In this document: piece after piece, positions 57,206 to 64,000 of the stretch
Layout: the number at the start of each line of letters is the position of its first letter
Numbering within the stretch: the stretch's first letter is position 1
NCBI GenBank assembly: GCA_963726255.1
Contig: CAVSBL010000002.1
Span: 928,001 to 992,000 of the forward strand
DNA: 64,000 bases
Direction: 5' to 3'
Origin: Candidatus Bathyarchaeota archaeon
GTDB taxonomy: Archaea > Thermoproteota > Bathyarchaeia > 40CM-2-53-6
Program-made: the position numbers and the translations under genes
The notes under the pieces: generated by a model
What the model was told of the DNA's origin: nothing
The model's database searches: none
Seen by the model: only the letters and a program-made list of their open reading frames with translations

Positions 57206-58831
57206 TTAAGTTTGATGCTTCTTGTGGCCGAGTTTTTCGCCGCAATTCGTGCAGAACTTCAGGCCTGCAGGGTTTTCCGTTCCGCAGGAAGCGCATTTCA
57301 GGCTTTCAGAAGCCCCCGCCTTATCTGCTCCCGGCGTAGGTTTCGTCTCCGGTGCCGGCCCCTTCCGTTTTCGCCAGAACAGGAAAGCAGCCACGGCCGC
57401 AAGGGCGATTACGGCTATTGCTATGAGTGGGATGTAGCTCGTTGACCAGACTGCATGTATCACCTTCGGGTTATCCATCGTAATTGAGCCTTGCGACGAA
57501 GTGCCTGTGTAATCACCCTCCCACCGAACAAAGATCTGTTGCACAGGGAAGCCCGAAGGTGTCGTTACTGAAAATGTCGCCGTGGACCCGGCCGCGTAGT
57601 AGCCTTGCCCATGCGGGTTTCCGTACGGCGAGTCGATTAACAACTGGTACTGCGTCTCATACTTCGCGACAACTGTGTGGGGTTTGTCCATGGTTAATGA
57701 AATTCCGTTCCCCGACTGGGCGGCGCCGTCCACTTCCCAGCCCTTGAAGGCGTATTGTGTCCCGGATGATCCAGGCACCGTGGTAGGAACTTGGTTTGTT
57801 TGGACGCTTGTCCCGGCCTTGTACCAACCCCCGCCAGTCACATCGGTAATTCCGGCTGGGTCCGTTACAACCGTCAACAAGTATTGAGTTTCATATTCGA
57901 AGGTATGACTGCCCGCTGAACTGACTGTCCAACTGTTCTGGGCTGCAAAGTAACGCACACCCGCGTCGCCCTGAACATACTGATCGACCGCGACGGTGTG
58001 GGTTGTGTCAACTTTGAAGGAAAGCTTCTTGATTTCAGCGCCCCCAATCGTCCCCTGTGCCTGATTGTCAATCGTTACTTGGGACGAGTATTGCGCCGGG
58101 ACTCCGTTCAACGATAGAGAGGTGTCGTAGGTATCCGGCGTCACGTCAAAGGCAGCTGACGCACTACTAAACCCTGAACAGAAGTCGTCGGCTTGAAAGT
58201 TTACGGTCCACCGCCCAATCGCAGTGACGGTGAGGGTTTTCGTTAACGAGTAAGTTGGACCTATGAAAGTGTAGAGGAAAGTCGCTGGAGAACCAGACGG
58301 GGATGAAATAATGAGTTGGCCTTCCGAGGGCCGATTCGCGCCGATCACGATCGTCGCCACGTCACCCGTTCTATACGCCGACTTGTCAGTTGAAACAGTA
58401 ATGGCCAGTGGAGGACCTACTTGAACCACCGTGAGACTAGCACTTGCACTGCCTGAATCAGCGGGATTTCCGGGCGTCGGGGCCGAGGACGAGTTGCTAG
58501 CGGAGACTGTAAACGAGTAGATTCCAGGGCAGTATAGCGGGGTGCTGCTCGTAACGATGCTGAGGCTGCTGCTCCCCGAGCCTGCTGGCGTGGAAACTGG
58601 GTTCGATGAGAACGAGTACGAGGCTCCGGACACTAGCCCAGAAAGGCTAAGCCTGTACGCTGCCTTGGTCCCGCTTGCTAGGCCGATCGAGTAGGATGCT
58701 GTGGAAGTCTGGGGCACAGCTTGCGTCGTGGGCGATATGGTTACAGTAACAGGCGATGCATAGGCGCCCGGCAGAAGCACGAAGGCTAGGACCATAACGG
58801 CGAGCAACAATACGGGCTTGGAATTACTCAT
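57206..58831 (-). CDS. Cell-surface protein with Ig-like and InlB-B-like repeats, TM anchor and cytoplasmic zinc ribbon
   Basis: Signal peptide; QY.L.V....G...G.G.Y..G repeats; TM+RKRK; CASCG...FCTNCG. Confidence 0.82.
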   Translation of the reverse strand: MSNSKPVLLLAVMVLAFVLLPGAYASPVTVTISPTTQAVPQTSTASYSIGLASGTKAAYRLSLSGLVSGASYSFSSNPVSTPAGSGSSSLSIVTSSTPLYCPGIYSFTVSASNSSSAPTPGNPADSGSASASLTVVQVGPPLAITVSTDKSAYRTGDVATIVIGANRPSEGQLIISSPSGSPATFLYTFIGPTYSLTKTLTVTAIGRWTVNFQADDFCSGFSSASAAFDVTPDTYDTSLSLNGVPAQYSSQVTIDNQAQGTIGGAEIKKLSFKVDTTHTVAVDQYVQGDAGVRYFAAQNSWTVSSAGSHTFEYETQYLLTVVTDPAGITDVTGGGWYKAGTSVQTNQVPTTVPGSSGTQYAFKGWEVDGAAQSGNGISLTMDKPHTVVAKYETQYQLLIDSPYGNPHGQGYYAAGSTATFSVTTPSGFPVQQIFVRWEGDYTGTSSQGSITMDNPKVIHAVWSTSYIPLIAIAVIALAAVAAFLFWRKRKGPAPETKPTPGADKAGASESLKCASCGTENPAGLKFCTNCGEKLGHKKHQT

Positions 58832-59009
58832 GCTGAAATCACGCTAGCTGTATTCGTATGCGATGGCAGACGATATAAAAGATAGGTGCCCCTCACGAAC
58901 TGAGCTTCAGCTGGCTACGCGTAGCTCACAGCATATGTCTACGGTGCGCTCCAGTTTGGGAGTGTTCAGTGCACTCGCTCTCATAGCAGATGGCGGATGC
59001 GGGGTGGAA

Positions 59010-59252
59010 CTATTCCGTGCGGATTCTGTAGTGGCTGACGAATTTTCGAAAATCTTCCATAGAGGCTTCATCTAGGTGTGCTTCCAGTGTCTGTTCGAGA
59101 TGCTTGATTAGGGATTGTTGAAGCTGTAGGAACGCTTGAGCTTCGTCCTCGTCCACAGCGTCTTTGGCTCCGACGGTTACCCAGAAATTCGCTAAGGTAC
59201 CGTACGCGTAGAGCTTCAGTAGGTCTTTCTCTACCTTCGTTCCGTTCGACAT
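59010..59252 (-). CDS. Small hypothetical helical protein
   Basis: Tightly follows the upstream surface protein gene; SD-like GGGAG. Confidence 0.6.
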   Translation of the reverse strand: MSNGTKVEKDLLKLYAYGTLANFWVTVGAKDAVDEDEAQAFLQLQQSLIKHLEQTLEAHLDEASMEDFRKFVSHYRIRTE

Positions 59253-59263
59253 AACCATTCTCC

Positions 59264-60802
59264 CTAAGTCTCAGTTTCCGATTTGCCCATACGCAGGCTG
59301 GTTCCCTTCCGCTTGGCAGGCTTAGCTTTCGCGCCCCCCTTTCCTCGCCTCATCATCAGGATGGCTACAGCGACTATCGCAACCACCGCGATACCCGCGG
59401 CTAGGTAGGCTTGTGTGTAGCTAGTTGTCCATACTGCGTGTACTGTCTTCGGCTTGTCCATTGTAACTGACCCTTGCGGGCCCGTCCCGGCGTAGTCACC
59501 CTGCCACTGGGTGAACACTTGTTGCACTAAGAAGCCGACTGGCGAAGTCACAGAGAACGTTGCGGTGGAACCTGCGTCGTAATAGCCCGATCCCTGAGGG
59601 TTGCCAAGTCCTCCGGGTGAATCGACTACAAGCTGGTACTGAGTGGAGTATTTCGCCACGGCCGTATGAGGCTTGTCCATCGTAACGCTTAGTTGGCTGC
59701 CGCTCTGAGGTGACCCATCCAGTTCCCAACCCTTGAAAGTGTACTGAGTGCCGGTTGGGCCGGGGACGCTCTGAGGAGCTTGGTTCGTTTGTACAGATGC
59801 CCCCTCGTTGTACCACCCTCCACCCGTGGTTGACGTCACGCCGCTTGGGTCGGTGACTACGTTGAACTGATACTGGGTTTGGTAGGTGAATGTGTGGGTG
59901 TCTGCGGAAGAAACGGACCAAGAGTTTTGTGAGCAATAGTACCTGACTCCTGACTCCCCCGTAACGTACTCATCCATCAAAATGGTATGCGAGGAACCGA
60001 TCGGGAAGCTCAGCTTCTTCATCTGGGAACCTTGCACTGTTCCTTGTTGTTGCCCATCGATTTGTAGTGTCGAGGAATACTGAGAAGGCACACCAGACAC
60101 GGAGAGCGAGACATCATAGGTATTGGGGTTCACATCGAAGTAGGCCACTGCACTGGTATATTCTGAGCAGACTGAAGCCTCAAAAGTGGCAGACCATCTC
60201 CCAACCGTATCAGCGGTCAGCGTCTTGGAGGCTTGGCCATAAATGGCGGACGGGCCGTAAACCTTGGATGAACCTGAAGGCGGCTGAACTGTCAAACGTC
60301 CTGCCGCGGCTTTATTCACATTCATTAGAATTGTGACCTTGTCATTGAGAGTGTAAGTTGGTCTGTCGGTCGTGACAGTGACCTGAAGCGGAGGCCCAGC
60401 AGAGGTTACTGTCAGTGAAAAGGAAGAACTCGTCCCAGTATCTGCACCTGCTTGAACGTGCGTAGCAATGACGGCAAAGGGATACGTGCCAGGACAGAGG
60501 TTGTTGACCCCTGCGTCTATCGTGAGCGTGCTCGTCGCTCCCGGTACAATCGGGACACTTACAGGGTTGGGGCTAAACAGACCCTCACTGCCTGAATATC
60601 CACTCAGGCTGAGAGAATAATCATCCCCCGGGAAAGCTGGGCCAGAGACTGTGACAGTATACGAAACCGCGCCGTACTGCGACACGACCTGGGACGCAGG
60701 TGTTACGGTCACGGTGACAGGTGACGCACCTACATGCGGATAACTCAGGAGAGAGAATAGGACAATGACGCCGGAGAGAAAGGCAAGTTTCGAATATCTC
60801 AA
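59264..60802 (-). CDS. Cell-surface protein, paralog of 57206..58831 without zinc ribbon
   Basis: Collinear motifs (ASPVTVT, CPG.Y.F, TYD.SLS, QY.FKGWE.DG, MDKPHT); basic tail. Confidence 0.82.
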   Translation of the reverse strand: MRYSKLAFLSGVIVLFSLLSYPHVGASPVTVTVTPASQVVSQYGAVSYTVTVSGPAFPGDDYSLSLSGYSGSEGLFSPNPVSVPIVPGATSTLTIDAGVNNLCPGTYPFAVIATHVQAGADTGTSSSFSLTVTSAGPPLQVTVTTDRPTYTLNDKVTILMNVNKAAAGRLTVQPPSGSSKVYGPSAIYGQASKTLTADTVGRWSATFEASVCSEYTSAVAYFDVNPNTYDVSLSVSGVPSQYSSTLQIDGQQQGTVQGSQMKKLSFPIGSSHTILMDEYVTGESGVRYYCSQNSWSVSSADTHTFTYQTQYQFNVVTDPSGVTSTTGGGWYNEGASVQTNQAPQSVPGPTGTQYTFKGWELDGSPQSGSQLSVTMDKPHTAVAKYSTQYQLVVDSPGGLGNPQGSGYYDAGSTATFSVTSPVGFLVQQVFTQWQGDYAGTGPQGSVTMDKPKTVHAVWTTSYTQAYLAAGIAVVAIVAVAILMMRRGKGGAKAKPAKRKGTSLRMGKSETET

Positions 60803-60981
60803 AGGTAATCGAAACCTTAGCTCGAGTCAATTCGGCCTAGAATGTATTTAAGTTAGACTGGTTCACCCGGCTTTGAAGGATCAAAAACCTCCCGCGGAGA
60901 AAGGTTGGTTCAAGCCACCTCCACATAAGTCGACTGTATAGTGGATTACAGAATGTTTAACTGAAATATACTCCCTATTTC

Positions 60982-61055
60982 AGTTGCGACGATGAGGGAA
61001 TCAGAGTTAACCTGAACATTTTGTGTTGATAAGGCATTTACCCTGAGTCGCAACT
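60982..61055 (+). ncRNA. Candidate dual-guide box C/D sRNA (putative 23S rRNA H68-H69 targets)
   Basis: 9-bp terminal stem AGTTGCGAC/GTCGCAACT; C ACGATGA 60989, D' CTGA 61012, C' TTGATAA 61026, D CTGA 61043. Confidence 0.65.
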
Positions 61056-61291
61056 TGCCGAACCAGAACCTCCTAACGATGTCGCCGTACAGGTGGACTC
61101 AAGCTCCCCCGAACGACGAGGCCTACGCCGAACCGTAACGATTGCTTGCTTTGATCGATATTCTTGCGCTTGGGGCACCCTTACATTCGCTGAATGTATT
61201 TGGTTTAGTTGCGATTCTCCTTCAATGAAAGTGGGCTGGATTCGAAGTATTAATAACGGTTCGGTACCTATCGCGTTCCTTAGTGGATGCG

Positions 61292-61528
61292 ATGCCTTTC
61301 TATCTCTGCGAAAACTGTGCCCGGGACAAAATCAGACTTGACCTTACTTACGCTGGGATAAACCAGCTCTGGCTTCGGGTGTCACCAACGCCCGAAGGGT
61401 TCGGGCCACCATGCGAATTCTGTAACGCACCTAAAGCCATCTACCAAATTCAGATAGTCGGAACGAAGTTCGACACTGAGAACCAACATCTAGAGAAAAT
61501 GAAAACCGAGATGCAACAGAAAACATAG
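61292..61528 (+). CDS. Small CxxC...CxxC metal-binding protein
   Basis: LCENC and PCEFC pairs. Confidence 0.6.
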   Translation: MPFYLCENCARDKIRLDLTYAGINQLWLRVSPTPEGFGPPCEFCNAPKAIYQIQIVGTKFDTENQHLEKMKTEMQQKT

Positions 61529-61597
61529 TAGGCAAGATCAGCCCCGTTAGTAGGCTGCGGAGTATTTTTCATTCCGTGTGACAAACTAATGGTCTAG

Positions 61598-62053
61598 GTG
61601 ACGTCTTCGTTGGACATTATCGGGCTTCACAAGAAGGGTGAGGTTGACCTAAACCGAATGATGGCCGACCTTTCGAAGCTCCCTAACTACCATGAAGCCG
61701 GGGCAGTGGCCTGCTTTGTCGGCGTAGTTCGCGAAGACCCTGTGCGGGGATCCGACGCGAAGGTAGTTCGCCTCGAATATGAAGCCTATACGGAAGTCGC
61801 CCTCAAACGGATGCAGGCGATTCGGGATGTCGTCAAAGCACGCCCAGGAATAATTGAAGTCTCAATTCATCATGTCATAGACAGTCTGAACGTGGGTGAA
61901 CCCAGCCTCTTTGTCGCAGTTCTAGGCAAACATCGCCAAGACATCTTCTCGGCCCTTTCTGAAACTGTTGACAAGGTAAAGAAAGAAGTCCCAATTTGGA
62001 AGAAGGAGCTCACGACGAAGGACTCTTATTGGGTTACAACTGAGCCGAAATGA
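61598..62053 (+). CDS. moaE: Molybdopterin synthase catalytic subunit
   Basis: GAV..FVG.VR, LEYEAY, HR and VPIWKKE motifs. Confidence 0.95.
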   Translation: MTSSLDIIGLHKKGEVDLNRMMADLSKLPNYHEAGAVACFVGVVREDPVRGSDAKVVRLEYEAYTEVALKRMQAIRDVVKARPGIIEVSIHHVIDSLNVGEPSLFVAVLGKHRQDIFSALSETVDKVKKEVPIWKKELTTKDSYWVTTEPK

Positions 62054-62251
62054 AATGCGGGTGTATAACATATGCTAGACATCATTTTTTCCAGAATGAC
62101 ACCGCGGTGCCCAGCAACTTCATAGGCCTTTCTGCGGGTCGACGCGCCTTCTTCTGTACCCATTTAACCGTTAACCACTTTCAGTAGTGAAATCTTATAT
62201 TCAAACCCAAGCGAGAAAACCACAGACGCACGCTTCGGATGGTGGACGGCA

Positions 62252-63034
62252 TTGCCCATAAGCGATAGAACGAGACGATCACTGCAAGAATTCGGGCTAA
62301 CAGATTACGAGATCCGCTCATACGCCTCTCTGCTTGAAATCGGCCCCGCGACAGCTAGTGAGCTTAGCCAAGCCTCAGAGGTGCCCTATTCTAAAATCTA
62401 CGAGGTCCTGGGCTCGCTGGAGAAGAAAGGCTGGATTGAAATGGAACATGGCCGTCCGAGCAAATACTACCCCAAACCGCCTTCAGTGGCCCTTGAAATC
62501 ACGAAATCCCACCTTGAGAACTCGCTGAAGACAAACGAAGGCGTAATCCTGGATGAACTTCAGCCCATCTATGAGAAGAAGGGTGTGAGGGAACACCCAG
62601 ACATTTGGATTGTACGGGGAAACCTTAACGTTCTCTCTAAGATCAGAGAAACCGTTGAACACGTTCAGAAAGAAATTCTAGTTGCAGTTCCTGGTATACC
62701 GGACGCCACCGCGGAAATGCTCATCCCACTCGTCAGAACGATCGTAGAAAGAGGCGTCAAAGTCCAGATAATGACCATGAGGAACCCTATGACTGAAACT
62801 ATGGCCAGATTGATGAAGTTCTGTGATGTGCGCGTGCGCGAGCAAATGTTCGGCGGCGGAATAATCGCAGATGGCCACGAAGTCATCTTGCTCCTAGGGC
62901 AGGAAGGAGATGAGGCGATCGGCTTGGCCATATGGTCCGACCACATTGGCCTCGCAAAGTTCGCGAAGAACTATTTCGAGTATTTGTGGGCCGATAGTAC
63001 TCCTAACCAGAAAACGGCCAAAGGCAAACCATAG
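62252..63034 (+). CDS. TrmB family transcriptional regulator
   Basis: GLT.YE..Y..LL, VP.SKIYEVL..LE.KG wHTH and PLD-like effector domain. Confidence 0.92.
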   Translation: MPISDRTRRSLQEFGLTDYEIRSYASLLEIGPATASELSQASEVPYSKIYEVLGSLEKKGWIEMEHGRPSKYYPKPPSVALEITKSHLENSLKTNEGVILDELQPIYEKKGVREHPDIWIVRGNLNVLSKIRETVEHVQKEILVAVPGIPDATAEMLIPLVRTIVERGVKVQIMTMRNPMTETMARLMKFCDVRVREQMFGGGIIADGHEVILLLGQEGDEAIGLAIWSDHIGLAKFAKNYFEYLWADSTPNQKTAKGKP

Positions 63035-63070
63035 AGAGCTTAACCTGTTTCAGGACTTCCGCCCCTGGTC

Positions 63071-63456
63071 TCATGAGGCTAGGACCGAATGCCTAAGCTT
63101 CAGCAGCGGGATGACTTGGTCGACGCGGTCGCTCGATTTTATTTCGACCGTCGCCCATTTGACGTCGCCAGTCTCCTCGGCTTCTTTCACGCAGTCGATG
63201 ACCTCTGAATCGAGGTTCTCATCTTGGAGCACTTTCTTCTCGAAGTTTGGTTCGACTGGGAAGTTGATCCACAAGTGCTCGTCGAAGTGGACCCAAACTA
63301 AGTCTGAGCCCTTTACGCGGTAAGCCGGGCACCATTCCCCTGAGACCTCGTCGATTTCAATGGACTCTTCAGTCTCGGGGAGTTCCGGAGTGCCGTTCGT
63401 AATTGCGTGAAATACTTCTTCTGTTTTGGATTGACCTTGGCAAGAAATTCCTGCAT
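63071..63456 (-). CDS. DUF3788-like protein (apparent 1-nt frameshift near 63378)
   Basis: MQEFLAKVNPKQKKYFTQLRTALRNSP in one frame joins EESIE...W.PAYR..G...KW..VEIKS in the next. Confidence 0.55.
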
Positions 63457-63568
63457 TTCTCTTCGAAGCGCTCCAGTGCCTGTTTCTCGTCAACTCTTGC
63501 CCTATTTGAATTTAATGCGTGTACTCTTTGGGAGAGTGTCCTCGCCGACTCTCTAGGCATCATTGATC

Positions 63569-64000
63569 CTAAGAGAAGCGTGCGTAGGCCTCGCGCAATT
63601 CCGCCATGAGCTTATCATGCCATTCCGGAAAGCCATCTGGCGATTTCGGGTAGTTCATGTAGTGTTGAATTAGCTTCCTGCTCTTTTCCGCTGTGTACCG
63701 CAACCCTCTTGCTAAAGCGAGGCGCGGAAGCGCCCAGAGGATCTTTGCGGGGCTCCCAAAGCCGACTTGTTTGAATTCGGGATGCTCCCTCCGAATGATG
63801 CTGTCGACGTCATCTTGTCCGAGGAAATGTTTCATCCCGTAATTGAGGTCATCGTTGCTCAATATCTGCAAGAAGCGCCTAAGAACCTCGGAGCTGGCCA
63901 TTCTGTAGCCGTACGTCCGAACGTATTCCGTGTTGAACTTCCAAAGACCCGTCTCGGAAGTATCATTCGCTTGCAAAGCTTCAGCAACCACTTTGCCACC
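63569..64000 (-). CDS. Geranylgeranyl reductase family FAD oxidoreductase, C-terminal part (truncated by window edge)
   Basis: G.VVAEAL...D.S...LW.FN..Y...YG and Y..YP.SP.GF..W pattern. Confidence 0.7.
   Translation of the reverse strand, partial: GGKVVAEALQANDTSETGLWKFNTEYVRTYGYRMASSEVLRRFLQILSNDDLNYGMKHFLGQDDVDSIIRREHPEFKQVGFGSPAKILWALPRLALARGLRYTAEKSRKLIQHYMNYPKSPDGFPEWHDKLMAELREAYARFS

Noticed and set aside
60945-60985. dif/Xer site
   Set aside because: The spacer is 7 bp rather than 6 and the arms could not be matched confidently to an archaeal dif consensus
1-64000. CRISPR array, cas genes, transposases, rRNA
   Set aside because: No regularly spaced repeats or diagnostic motifs were seen by eye

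Overview
Archaeal chromosomal segment. Gene content points to the TACK group, most like Bathyarchaeia (inference from the GINS23-MCM-Hel308 and RFC cluster, a Cren7-like protein, an IPEFP sorting signal and BHB-type tRNA introns). The left half holds small metabolic genes, a replication cluster (cdc6/orc1, rfcL, rfcS, gins, mcm, hel308), moaC/moaB, purB and tryptophanase. The right half has a tRNA-maturation cluster (cca, thpR, rnz, trm11) ending in a tRNA gene. Main find: the minus-strand tRNA-Pro(GGG) at 51121-51301 is split by FOUR non-canonical introns (15/16, 20b/21, 30/31, 45/46). Each folds into a bulge-helix-bulge-type motif, and removing them gives a normal 79-nt cloverleaf. Degenerate copies of its 3' exon at 48902 and 45588 delimit tandem islands. 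One carries a stressosome (RsbRST/RsbX) operon with a sensor-less RsbR and an inactive KaiC-like protein. The other carries a histidine ammonia-lyase with an Ala-Cys-Gly MIO motif. Also seen: a riboswitch-like leader before queT, two candidate box C/D guide RNAs, a Cys-rich domain fused to RFC-L, and several microproteins absent from the ORF track. Several frameshifts (mcm x2, purB, asnB-like, rsbR, DUF3788-like) lie in short homopolymers and are probably long-read errors. All family calls come from motif recognition by eye; no searches were run.
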